Below, in pieces: positions 27,874-37,226 of a stretch of 64,000 bases of DNA (its first letter is position 1; each line of letters begins with the position of its first letter). This DNA comes from an uncultured Chitinophaga sp. (lineage in GTDB: Bacteria > Bacteroidota > Bacteroidia > 2-12-FULL-35-15). Location of the stretch: assembly GCA_964549315.1 (NCBI GenBank), contig CAZJUY010000006.1, forward strand, positions 45,639 through 109,638, given 5' to 3'. The position numbers were made by a program, and so were the translations under genes. The notes below the pieces were generated by a model, which saw only the letters and a program-made list of their open reading frames with translations, was not told where the DNA came from and searched no databases.

Positions 27874-28352
27874 TCAATCGATTTTATCATTCCCCAAGCT
27901 AAATCGCTTTCAAAGCCTCTTGAAATAGCGTATTGAACAGCTTTGTAGTTTTTTTGGTATTCTTGTTCGCCTTTATTTTCTTTTATTTTTTTTAGCAAAA
28001 TTTCTTTTAATGTATTTTCGTAATCGTCTTCATCAATCTCTTTCATTCCGGCTTTTATACAATAATCAGAAATCTTTCTTTTTTTAAGTTCAATTTTTAT
28101 TTTCACTTTGCCCCATTTTTTTATTCTAAATTTTCCGCCAGCAAAAGCTTTTGCAAATCGTTCTTCATTTAAAAAATTTTCTGTAATTAAATTTGCAAGA
28201 ATATTTTCTACATCATTACTATACAAACCCCATTCGTATAATTTATCGCGCATTTCTTGCTGACAACGCTCCTGATAAGCGCAGTATTTTTGTGCTTTGA
28301 TATATGCTTGGTTGGGAGTAAGTTTTTTCTTTGGTTTATTTTCAAAATCCAT
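27870..28352 (-). CDS. recX: RecX-family regulatory protein
   Basis: 160 aa. 'LTPNQAYIKAQKYCAYQERCQQEMRDKLYEWGL...ERFAKAFAGGKFRIKKWGKVKIKIELKKRKI' matches the three-repeat RecX pattern of Bacteroidetes. Confidence 0.6.
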   Translation of the reverse strand: MDFENKPKKKLTPNQAYIKAQKYCAYQERCQQEMRDKLYEWGLYSNDVENILANLITENFLNEERFAKAFAGGKFRIKKWGKVKIKIELKKRKISDYCIKAGMKEIDEDDYENTLKEILLKKIKENKGEQEYQKNYKAVQYAISRGFESDLAWGMIKSID

Positions 28353-28356
28353 AATA

Positions 28357-29691
28357 CTAAATCAGTCCTCGCGCTTTTAGTTCCAGATATTTATTAATAG
28401 AATTTACAGATAAATTTTGTGGTGGGGTGAGTATGCTTTGTATTCCATATTTTTCTAACTCTTTTGCAATTAACTTTTTTTCAAATGCAAATTTTTCTGC
28501 AATTGCTTTGCTGTAAATTTCTTCTGTAGTTTTTGCTGGTTTGTTTAAAAAATCAGTTAGCTCGGTATTTTCAAAAAATATAACTACTAACAAGTGGTCT
28601 TTTGCTAGACGCAATAAATATTTTAATTGCCGCTTTAAACCCGATAGGCTCTCAAAATTGGTGTAGAGTAATAATAAACTGCGTTGAGAGATTTTTGTTT
28701 TAATGTTTATATACAAGTTTTCATAATCACTTTCTAAATAACCCGTTTTTTGGTTGTATAATAAATGCAATATTTTATTTAGCTGCCCGCTTTTTCTTTC
28801 TGCTGGTAAAACAGATTGAACCTTATTAGAAAACGTTACAATTCCCGCTTTGTCATGTTTTAACATTGCAATATTAGTAATTACCAAACTAGAGTTAATA
28901 GCATAATCCAATAAACTTAATCCATCAAATGGCATACGCATAATTCTACCCATGTCTATTACAGCATATACTTGTTGTGATTTTTCATCTTGATACTGAT
29001 TGGTCATCAATTTGTTTTTTCTTGCAGTAGCTTTCCAATTGATTGTTCTATAATCATCACCAAAAACGTATTCTTTTATCTGATCAAATTCGCTATTGTT
29101 TCCGATTTTTCTGATTTTTTTGATGCCAAAATCTGTAAGCCTATTTGATATAGCTAATAATTCATATTTACGCATTTGCATAAATGATGGAAAAACAGGA
29201 ACCATTATATCCTGTGAAAATTTGAATCTTTTTTGAATGAATCCAATTGGGCTTTTAACAAAAATATTTACAGATCCAAAATGATATTCTCCACGTTTTA
29301 CTGGTCGAACATCATATTCTATTGTTCTGTGTTTTCCTGAACCTATTTTTAGATGAAAAGAATTGTTTCTTAATTGGAATTGAAAAGGTAACTCGTCAAT
29401 AACTTCAATTTTTATAGGGAATAAATAAAAATTTTCAATAAATATTTGTACTGGATTGTCATCTCCGTTTGAAAGCTTGTCGAGTGTATCTCGTCTCGCA
29501 AATACTCCATTTTTATTTGCATATAAAATGATAATATCAACAAGTAGCAAAGCAACGATTAGTATTAATGAATAAATTGCAAAATCTGCTACCTCATTAA
29601 AGAAAAAGCCAAACACCAAAAACACAACTTCCAATGAAATGATGTAATAAATGAGAGTAGAAAAGTATATTGACTTTATAAATGATTTCAT
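28357..29691 (-). CDS. DUF58-family protein (vWA-like), partner of the MoxR ATPase
   Basis: N-terminal TM pair, then 'YVFGDDYRTINWKATARKNKLMTNQYQDEKSQQVYAVIDMGRIM', the conserved DUF58 core. It sits immediately downstream of moxR. Confidence 0.8.
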   Translation of the reverse strand: MKSFIKSIYFSTLIYYIISLEVVFLVFGFFFNEVADFAIYSLILIVALLLVDIIILYANKNGVFARRDTLDKLSNGDDNPVQIFIENFYLFPIKIEVIDELPFQFQLRNNSFHLKIGSGKHRTIEYDVRPVKRGEYHFGSVNIFVKSPIGFIQKRFKFSQDIMVPVFPSFMQMRKYELLAISNRLTDFGIKKIRKIGNNSEFDQIKEYVFGDDYRTINWKATARKNKLMTNQYQDEKSQQVYAVIDMGRIMRMPFDGLSLLDYAINSSLVITNIAMLKHDKAGIVTFSNKVQSVLPAERKSGQLNKILHLLYNQKTGYLESDYENLYINIKTKISQRSLLLLYTNFESLSGLKRQLKYLLRLAKDHLLVVIFFENTELTDFLNKPAKTTEEIYSKAIAEKFAFEKKLIAKELEKYGIQSILTPPQNLSVNSINKYLELKARGLI

Positions 29692-29707
29692 TTTTGTATT
29701 CTATATA

Positions 29708-30685
29708 CTATCTAGGAATTTCTATTTTTTCAATTATTTGTTTAATAATTTCATTCGAAGTAATACCCTCCATTTCTTTTTCTGGAGTGAGTATTACTCT
29801 GTGTTTTAAAACATTCACAGCAACGTATTTAATATCGTCTGGTGTTACAAAATCTCTTCCTTTGATTGCAGCTATTGCTTTTGCGCTTGTAAGCATAGAT
29901 AAAGACGCACGAGGAGAAGCTCCTAAATAAAGCGAAGTGTTATTTCTAGTTTGGTTTACAATTTTAGCGATATATGAAATTAAGTTTTGGTCAATATGAA
30001 CCTGACTGACTTTTTCTCTGTAATTTTTTACATCACTTGCAGTCATAACAGAATTAACAGTATTGATATCAACTGTGTTTTTTCTATCGTGATAATCAGC
30101 AATTATTTTTGTTTCATCTTCTAAAGATGGGTAATCAATATTTATTTTGAATAAAAATCTATCTAATTGTGCTTCAGGTAAACGGTATGTTCCTTCATGT
30201 TCTACAGGGTTTTGTGTTGCCAATACAATAAATGGTGCGGCTAAAGGATAAGTTTTTCCATCCACAGTAATTTGCCTTTCTTCCATTGCCTCAAATAATG
30301 CTGCTTGCGTTTTTGCCGGAGCGCGGTTGATTTCATCGATAAGTACAATGTTCGAAAATAGAGGTCCTGGTTTAAATTCAAATTCACTTGTTTTTAAATT
30401 GAATATACTTGTTCCGATAATATCGGAAGGCATTAAATCGGGCGTAAATTGAATACGGGAAAAATTTACTGACATTGTTCTTGATAGCAATTTTGCAGTA
30501 AGTGTTTTAGCTACTCCAGGCACGCCCTCTATTAATACATGTCCGTCTGCTAATACGGCAGCTATAAGCATTTCAATCATCGTGTCCTGCCCAACAATAA
30601 TTTTATTTATTTCGGACTTAATAGAATTTACAGCTTGTTGTAATCCGCTCAAATCAATTCTGTTTTCAAAGGTTTGGTTTTCCAT
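29708..30685 (-). CDS. MoxR-family AAA+ ATPase
   Basis: 'IIVGQDTMIEMLIAAVLADGHVLIEGVPGVAKTLTAK', 'VLIDEINRAPAKTQAALFEAMEERQITVDGKTY' and 'RFLFKI'. Confidence 0.9.
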   Translation of the reverse strand: MENQTFENRIDLSGLQQAVNSIKSEINKIIVGQDTMIEMLIAAVLADGHVLIEGVPGVAKTLTAKLLSRTMSVNFSRIQFTPDLMPSDIIGTSIFNLKTSEFEFKPGPLFSNIVLIDEINRAPAKTQAALFEAMEERQITVDGKTYPLAAPFIVLATQNPVEHEGTYRLPEAQLDRFLFKINIDYPSLEDETKIIADYHDRKNTVDINTVNSVMTASDVKNYREKVSQVHIDQNLISYIAKIVNQTRNNTSLYLGASPRASLSMLTSAKAIAAIKGRDFVTPDDIKYVAVNVLKHRVILTPEKEMEGITSNEIIKQIIEKIEIPR

Positions 30686-30690
30686 AGTTT

Positions 30691-31920
30691 TTATCTTTTA
30701 TTGTAAGTGTGAAATTCTTCTATCATAGCATTTAATTTCCCTAACTCATTTTCTGTGATTAAATTTTTTGCTGTTATATCAGAGAAATAATAAAATAGTT
30801 TGTGAATTTTTTCTAATTCAATTCCTGACAAAACACTTATTCTATTGATAAATAAATCATCATAAATAGTTGTTTTTACTTGAAATGTTTTTCGGATGTA
30901 TTCTAAAAAATAAGTTATTTTTTTATCTGCTATATTTTTGTGATTTCCTGATTGATAATATAAGGTGCCTACGACATCAACAAAATCAAGTGTAGTATTT
31001 CTCATTGGTTCAATAACGGGTATAATTCTTTGTTTACGTTTAATGCCGATGAGTATAAATAATAATAAAGAAATAAGTGCTACAAAATAAGCTGTTTTTA
31101 ATGATGTGTTTGCAAACAGAACTCTTAACATATTATCGTTTTGTCCATTCCCCACTTTGTAATACTCATCCCAAATTAAATTTGAAAGCGGTAAATAAGA
31201 TAAACACTTATAAACGTATTCGGAATTGGGTTCATCTGTAAAAAAATAATTCGTAAATACTTCAGGTGTAGAATGGATGTATATTTTCCCTTTCCCGAAT
31301 TTCATTTCAATAAAATTGATTTCATCGTCTGCTGTAATTCCTAATATTTTTGATGCTGTTGTGTCAAAAGAAGTAAAGTAAGTGTTTGTTATTTGTTTGC
31401 TATACTGATAAAATTTTTCAGAATGCAAGCTGGGGCTTGAAAAGTTGAATTGAATAGAATCACTTTTTTTAGTAAAATTATTTATTGCGGAGGAATCAAT
31501 GCTAAATCCATCATCATAATTATAAAAAGCGTCTGTACTTATTTTTAAAGTGTCGGCAAATTTTCCTGAAAAATAGTTTGCTGAAATAAAAGCAGTATTT
31601 CCATTCGTTACAAATTTTAGTAATTCTTTAGTATCTAAATCATCGGGCTCAAAAGATTCATTAATTAATAAATAGTTTGTGTTTTTAAGCGAATTGTTTT
31701 TTAAAATATTGTACAAAGGAGCTTTTTCTGTACTTATAGTTGTTGAACTATATATCTCTGTTATTGCATCATACAGAGCTTTTGTTCCATAAGGAATTTT
31801 ATCTTTTTTGGAATAAGATAAAGACCAATCAATAGGTTTTGGAGAATATATTTTTAAAAGTATTAATGCTAAAAAGCATAATACAAGTACAATGATATAT
31901 TTTTTATTCCCTTTAAACAT
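30691..31920 (-). CDS. DUF4350-like membrane protein (N-terminal TM, large extracytoplasmic domain, C-proximal TM)
   Basis: N-terminal TM 'YIIVLVLCFLALILL'. C-proximal TM 'TAYFVALISLLLFILIGIKRKQRIIPVIEPMRNTTLDFVDVVGTLYYQS'. It has the conserved position within the MoxR cluster. Confidence 0.55.
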   Translation of the reverse strand: MFKGNKKYIIVLVLCFLALILLKIYSPKPIDWSLSYSKKDKIPYGTKALYDAITEIYSSTTISTEKAPLYNILKNNSLKNTNYLLINESFEPDDLDTKELLKFVTNGNTAFISANYFSGKFADTLKISTDAFYNYDDGFSIDSSAINNFTKKSDSIQFNFSSPSLHSEKFYQYSKQITNTYFTSFDTTASKILGITADDEINFIEMKFGKGKIYIHSTPEVFTNYFFTDEPNSEYVYKCLSYLPLSNLIWDEYYKVGNGQNDNMLRVLFANTSLKTAYFVALISLLLFILIGIKRKQRIIPVIEPMRNTTLDFVDVVGTLYYQSGNHKNIADKKITYFLEYIRKTFQVKTTIYDDLFINRISVLSGIELEKIHKLFYYFSDITAKNLITENELGKLNAMIEEFHTYNKR

Positions 31921-32677
31921 TTATCGAATTAAATTTTTCTACAGTTTGCTTAAACTTGTTTTCATCTAATGGAAAATTACCATACCAAAAATATTCGTAT
32001 AGAATACTTAACTCTTTAAATTGCCTGCTAAACTTATTGTTTGAGAGCTCTATTAAATAGTCATTATTTGTTTTATCAATTTTCCATTGTATTAATTTTT
32101 TGTCGGAAAGTTGTTTTAACAACATTAAAAAATGTAAGCGAATAGCTTTTCTATAATCTTTTTTTGATATTGCTTCTGCAATCATTTTCGTAAAATCAAT
32201 TTTATCGATGTCTTCTTCAATTTCACCAAAATCTAATTTTACGCTTGCACTTTTACCATAAAATAAAGCACGAACATTGTTTTTTAAAAGAAGTAAAACA
32301 ACTGTAACTATTACGGTAGCTATTAAAACGTATTGGAATATTTTCCAACCTGTTTGGCCCTCTTCGGTATTGAATAATTTTGATACCATTCGTGCAACCC
32401 ATTCTTTAAATTCTTCCCATGGTGTTCTTGGAGCAGAAGATATTTTATCGTATTTGTAATCCGAGTCATTAAAAATTTCTTTTTGTTTTTCTTCTGATAA
32501 TTTTCGCACTTCAATTTTTGAAGAATCAAATACAACCGTCTTTTTTGTTTTTATGCTATCACTCAGGCAATACATATTTGTATTGTGAAAAATAAAACAC
32601 AATAAAACAGTTGTGAATTTTAAGATACTAAAACTGGGGTTTGTACTCATCGTTATTTGGTTTAGCACCAATTTCAT
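31913..32677 (-). CDS. DUF4129-like protein
   Basis: TM 'IFQYVLIATVIVTVVLLLL', then 'DYRKAIRLHFLMLLKQLSDKKLIQWKIDKTNNDYL...YEYFWYG', the typical DUF4129 C-terminal pattern. The start is uncertain: it overlaps the upstream gene by up to 50 nt. Confidence 0.5.
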   Translation of the reverse strand: MKLVLNQITMSTNPSFSILKFTTVLLCFIFHNTNMYCLSDSIKTKKTVVFDSSKIEVRKLSEEKQKEIFNDSDYKYDKISSAPRTPWEEFKEWVARMVSKLFNTEEGQTGWKIFQYVLIATVIVTVVLLLLKNNVRALFYGKSASVKLDFGEIEEDIDKIDFTKMIAEAISKKDYRKAIRLHFLMLLKQLSDKKLIQWKIDKTNNDYLIELSNNKFSRQFKELSILYEYFWYGNFPLDENKFKQTVEKFNSINV

Positions 32678-33575
32678 TAATACGTTCCATTAAACCAATA
32701 CCCTCTTTCTTTTCTGCTAAACTGTAATAGTGAAAAGCATTTACAAGATAGTAGATGCTATAAATAAATGATGCTAAAAAAGTACAAACAGAAGACACAA
32801 TTATAAATGATAATGAGCTATAGCCTTGCACTGATCCACTTAAAACAATTACTATGGTGTAAATTAATTGAGGAACTAAAATTACCATTGAAATAATTAT
32901 AACCATTATATAATTACAAACCATTAGTAACCATGTCCACCAAAACTCACCACGCATTACTTCTCTAATTCTGGATAATGAATTAATTACAGAATCTTCA
33001 TCATGCATCATTGGAAGATAAAAAGTGGAAAATTGCCATATAAACGGAGGTCCTAAAATCAATAACCCTATTACCACAATAAATCCCATTAAAATTGCAA
33101 CCGCAGTGTGAATAGAACCAATTAAACCTATAATAAAAAATGCTCCAAATCCTATTATAACAATCAACAGAAGCAAAAGAAAAAAACCACCTATTATTTT
33201 GCCAATGTTTTTAATAAAGAGACTTGCCACATCACTTGTGCTTACATTTCCTGGTCCGTTTTTATTATAACAAATCAAATAAGAGAACGTTGTTCCCATT
33301 AATGTTAAACCCGCGAGCAGAGATAAAAATAATGTTACAAAATATTTCCAATTAAAAATATTTGCAAGCATAGCAAATGAATTTAAAGACCCTCCTGAAT
33401 TAACAGTTGTTTGGTAATAAATTCCAAATAAAGTAGATAGCAAAAACAATGGACCTGCTATAAAAATTAAGGATTTAAAAAAGGGTTTAAAGTTTTGACG
33501 TAAAAATTTTATGGTAACATTAAATGTTTCACCAAAATCTCGTGCTTGAAATAAATTTATTTTTTCTTGATTCAT
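32628..33575 (-). CDS. Polytopic membrane protein (hypothetical), part of the MoxR-associated cluster
   Basis: About 6 predicted TM segments. 'ETFNVTIKFLRQNFKPFFK' at the N-terminus. I recognise no family. Confidence 0.55.
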   Translation of the reverse strand: MNQEKINLFQARDFGETFNVTIKFLRQNFKPFFKSLIFIAGPLFLLSTLFGIYYQTTVNSGGSLNSFAMLANIFNWKYFVTLFLSLLAGLTLMGTTFSYLICYNKNGPGNVSTSDVASLFIKNIGKIIGGFFLLLLLIVIIGFGAFFIIGLIGSIHTAVAILMGFIVVIGLLILGPPFIWQFSTFYLPMMHDEDSVINSLSRIREVMRGEFWWTWLLMVCNYIMVIIISMVILVPQLIYTIVIVLSGSVQGYSSLSFIIVSSVCTFLASFIYSIYYLVNAFHYYSLAEKKEGIGLMERINEIGAKPNNDEYKPQF

Positions 33576-33586
33576 ATTTTTATTTT

Positions 33587-34558
33587 TTAAAGGGTGGAAA
33601 TAGATTGTGCTTTTTTATTTAGTTGAATAGGATAAATTACAAAATACCAAATTATAAAAAAGAGAGAACTTCCAATTATTGTTATGCTTAACCAAATAGG
33701 CATATTTGAATAGCGTGTAATAAAACTTTCTAAAAACCCTGCAGCAATAAAAACAGGCACTAGGCCAATAGCAATTTTTACCCCTTGTTTCGCTCCTTTC
33801 ACAAATGAAACTCCTCTAGAATAAGTTCCCGGGAAAAGAATGCTATTGCCTAGGGTTAAACCTGCACAACCTGCAATTACAATAGCTGAAATTTCTAATG
33901 TTCCGTGTATCCAAATAGATAATATAGAATCTAATAATAAGCCTTTTGAATGAAAAAAGTATTGGAATGAACCCAACATTACTGCATTTGAAAATAAAAG
34001 ATACCCAGTTCCTACCGAAAATAATGCTCCTAAAATAAAACACAAGAAGGATACATAAATATTATTTACAGTTATTCCTAAAAACATATCTACTTGATTC
34101 ATGCTTTTATAAACAGCCATTGGATCACCTTTGTCAATATTTTCCAGTGTCATATTTACATAACTATCACCTAAAATAAGGCGAACAAAACTATCGTCAT
34201 AGGCGGAAGAAACAATTCCAACAAGCATTCCAACAATAAAAATGATAAATGAATACAGCAATTGTTTGTGTGAATTTTTAAAAACAAAGGGTAATTCGTA
34301 TTTCCAAAAATGAGCAATACGTGATTTTTTTTCTTTCTTGTTTTTATAAATTTCTTGATGAACTCTGGCGGCTACTGCATTTAAATATTGAGTAGTTTTT
34401 GATTTTGGATAGTGCGTTTTAGAATAAGATAAGTCATCTGTAAGTTGAATAAACAATTCTGCCATTAAATCTGGATTAGATGAGCCTTTTGTCGAAACAA
34501 GAGTTTCAAATTCTTGCCATTTATCAGCATTTTGTTTTAAAAAAGTTATTTCTTTCAC
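33587..34558 (-). CDS. Stage II sporulation protein M-like (DUF95) polytopic membrane protein
   Basis: The N-terminal soluble region is followed by ~5 TM helices ('FIIFIVGMLVGIVSSAY', 'ISAIVIAGCAGLTLG', and others). Architecture and cluster position match the SpoIIM-like member of this conserved module. Confidence 0.45.
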   Translation of the reverse strand: MKEITFLKQNADKWQEFETLVSTKGSSNPDLMAELFIQLTDDLSYSKTHYPKSKTTQYLNAVAARVHQEIYKNKKEKKSRIAHFWKYELPFVFKNSHKQLLYSFIIFIVGMLVGIVSSAYDDSFVRLILGDSYVNMTLENIDKGDPMAVYKSMNQVDMFLGITVNNIYVSFLCFILGALFSVGTGYLLFSNAVMLGSFQYFFHSKGLLLDSILSIWIHGTLEISAIVIAGCAGLTLGNSILFPGTYSRGVSFVKGAKQGVKIAIGLVPVFIAAGFLESFITRYSNMPIWLSITIIGSSLFFIIWYFVIYPIQLNKKAQSISTL

Positions 34559-34612
34559 TCAAGAAAATAGATTTAATTTGCACTTCTGTAAATTTATATA
34601 AATATTTGTTAA

Positions 34613-35329
34613 ATGGATAATATTAAAATACAAACCGCTCAAAATGTTGATATAGAATATGAGGTAGCAAGTGTGGGAGATCGTATTTTGGCAACCTTAT
34701 TAGATTATCTTTTTTTTACAGCATATATTTTTATTTGGATGTTTGTCGCAGCATTAACCAAAGGAATTATTTTTGAAAGTATTGCCATTACAGTAATTAT
34801 TTTCCTCCCCATTTTACTTTATGATTTAGTATTAGAAGCTTTATTTCAGGGAAAATCATTTGGGAAAATGATTATGAAAATCAAAGTTGTAAAAGTGGAT
34901 GGAACTCAAGCCACATTTGGTTCTTATCTAATTCGTTGGCTTATGCGTATTGTTGATATGCGCTTGTTTTCGGGGTTGGTGGCATTAATCACTATTGTGC
35001 TAAACGGGAAAGGACAGCGGTTGGGTGATTTAGCTGCAGGTACTACTGTAATTAAGTTAAAACAAAAAGTAACATTAAATGATACTATTTTAAACAAAAC
35101 AAGACCAGATTATACTGTCGTTTTTCCTGAAGTTTCAAAGCTTTCTGATAATGATGTAGCCATTATAAAAGACGTAATGAAAATGAGTATTCAGAACGAT
35201 AATTACGAAGCTATTGATAAGTTGGCAAAAAAAACAAAACAAGCGATGGGTATTACTACAAACCTGCCTCATAAACAGTTTTTAGCCATTGTAGTTCAGG
35301 ATTATAGCCATTATAGTTTTGACAAATAA
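34613..35329 (+). CDS. RDD-family membrane protein
   Basis: 'RILATLLDYLFFTAYIFIWMF', the R-D-D signature residues and 3 TM segments. It is divergent from the SpoIIM-like gene. Confidence 0.75.
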   Translation: MDNIKIQTAQNVDIEYEVASVGDRILATLLDYLFFTAYIFIWMFVAALTKGIIFESIAITVIIFLPILLYDLVLEALFQGKSFGKMIMKIKVVKVDGTQATFGSYLIRWLMRIVDMRLFSGLVALITIVLNGKGQRLGDLAAGTTVIKLKQKVTLNDTILNKTRPDYTVVFPEVSKLSDNDVAIIKDVMKMSIQNDNYEAIDKLAKKTKQAMGITTNLPHKQFLAIVVQDYSHYSFDK

Positions 35330-35410
35330 TACCTCCAAATAATTTGAACAATTCGTTTGCATATTTAAGTAACAAAATGTACTTTTAGCATTCTTTGAAA
35401 AACACCAAAA

Positions 35411-37216
35411 ATGGCAAAAGACATTTTATTAGAGATAAAAAATTTAGTTACTGAATTTAGAACAGAAGAAGATTCTGTAAAAGCTGTTAACGATATTTCA
35501 TTTACACTTTCGAAAGGCGAAACAATTGGTATTGTTGGTGAATCAGGTTCAGGAAAGTCAGTAACATCATTATCCGTAATGCGATTGATTCCCAATCCTC
35601 CAGGTAAAATAACAGGAGGAGAAATAATATACCATTCTAAAACTCGTGGACCAGTTGATATTGTAAAGCTTTCTGAAAAAGAAATGCGCACATTAAGAGG
35701 GAATGAAATAGCAATGATTTTTCAGGAGCCAATGACTTCATTGAACCCTGTTTACACTTGTGGAGATCAAGTAATGGAAGCAATTTTGCTTCATCAAAAA
35801 TGCACTAAAAAAGAAGCGAAGGAAAAAACAATTGCACTATTCAACGAAGTACAACTACCAAGACCTGAAGCTATTTTTGATAGTTATCCTCATCAAATTT
35901 CTGGAGGTCAAAAGCAGCGTGTAATGATTGCTATGGCAATGAGTTGTAATCCCAATATTTTAATTGCAGATGAACCTACTACTGCATTGGACGTTACTGT
36001 ACAAGCTACTATTTTAGATTTGATGTTGAAACTGCAACGCCAGCACGATATGGGAATTATGTTTATTACACATGATTTAGGTGTTATTGCTGAACTTGCC
36101 GACAAAGTAGTAGTAATGTACAAAGGAAAAATTGTTGAACAAGGAAGTGTATTGGATATTTTTTCAAACCCTAAACACCCTTATACAAAAGGACTTTTAG
36201 CATGTCGTCCACCATTGAATAAACGTTTGCATTGGTTGCCAACAGTTTCAGATTTTATGAAAACAAACGACCAAGGCGAAATGACGGAAAGCAACCAAAC
36301 TGTTGCACAGGTTACAGATAAGTTGGTAGTTACAGGTCAGGAAAGAGAAGAACAACACAAAAAATTATATGCAAAAGAACCGATTTTGCAAATCAAAAAT
36401 TTAAAGACTTATTTCCCAATTAATAAATCTCTGTTTGGAAAAGCAAAAGATTTTGTTCATGCAGTAGATGATGTTTCATTTGATGTATATCCTGGAGAAA
36501 CACTTGGTTTGGTTGGAGAATCAGGTTGCGGTAAAACAACATTAGGAAGAACAGTATTGCGTTTGATTGAGCCAACTTCTGGTGATGTAATTTTCTTTGG
36601 GAAAAATATTACGAAACTCAAAGCCGAAGAAATGCGAGAGTTGCGTAAGGATATTCAAATTATTTTTCAAGATCCATATTCTTCATTGAATCCAAGGATT
36701 ACAATTGGAGAAGCTATTATGGAGCCAATGAAAGTACATGGTATTTTAGAAAATGATAAAGCAAGACGTGAACGCGTAATTGAATTATTGCATAGAGTAA
36801 ATATGACCGAAAGTCATTTCTATCGTTATCCGCATGAGTTTTCGGGTGGGCAACGTCAACGAATTTGTATTGCACGAGCACTAGCTTTAAAACCAAAATT
36901 TATTATTTGTGATGAATCTGTTTCTGCATTGGATGTTTCTGTTCAAGCACAAGTATTGAATTTGTTGAACGAATTAAAAAGAGAATTTGATTTCACCTAT
37001 ATTTTTATTTCTCATGACTTATCTGTTGTTAAATTTATGAGTGATAGAATGGTGGTAATGAATCAAGGTAAAGTGGTTGAAATGGGTGATGCTGATAGCA
37101 TCTACAATTCCCCTCAAAGTGAATACACACAAAAATTAATCAACGCAATTCCTAAAGGACAATTAGAAGATATAAAAGCTTCTATTGAAAAGAAAAAACA
37201 ACAGCAAGCAATTTAA
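35411..37216 (+). CDS. ABC transporter ATP-binding protein with two tandem ATPase domains (Dpp/Opp-type, YejF/GsiA-like)
   Basis: Two Walker A motifs ('GESGSGKSVTS', 'GESGCGKTTLG'). Two signature motifs ('QISGGQKQRVMIAMA', 'EFSGGQRQRICIARA'). Two Walker B motifs ('ILIADEPTTALD', 'FIICDESVSALD'). Confidence 0.9.
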   Translation: MAKDILLEIKNLVTEFRTEEDSVKAVNDISFTLSKGETIGIVGESGSGKSVTSLSVMRLIPNPPGKITGGEIIYHSKTRGPVDIVKLSEKEMRTLRGNEIAMIFQEPMTSLNPVYTCGDQVMEAILLHQKCTKKEAKEKTIALFNEVQLPRPEAIFDSYPHQISGGQKQRVMIAMAMSCNPNILIADEPTTALDVTVQATILDLMLKLQRQHDMGIMFITHDLGVIAELADKVVVMYKGKIVEQGSVLDIFSNPKHPYTKGLLACRPPLNKRLHWLPTVSDFMKTNDQGEMTESNQTVAQVTDKLVVTGQEREEQHKKLYAKEPILQIKNLKTYFPINKSLFGKAKDFVHAVDDVSFDVYPGETLGLVGESGCGKTTLGRTVLRLIEPTSGDVIFFGKNITKLKAEEMRELRKDIQIIFQDPYSSLNPRITIGEAIMEPMKVHGILENDKARRERVIELLHRVNMTESHFYRYPHEFSGGQRQRICIARALALKPKFIICDESVSALDVSVQAQVLNLLNELKREFDFTYIFISHDLSVVKFMSDRMVVMNQGKVVEMGDADSIYNSPQSEYTQKLINAIPKGQLEDIKASIEKKKQQQAI

Positions 37217-37226
37217 TAATTCAGTA

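Noticed and set aside
35365-35691. 108-aa minus-strand ORF overlapping the start of the ABC ATPase gene
   Set aside because: It is antisense to a strongly supported Walker-A-containing gene and I recognise no features in it.
37185-37226. Upstream ATG (37185) for the 37227..39272 gene
   Set aside because: It would overlap the last 32 nt of the ABC ATPase gene and add a Lys/Asn-rich leader before the obvious signal-anchor 'MQSRRRINIALLVLLLAAVV'. The 37227 start is more parsimonious. Either remains possible.
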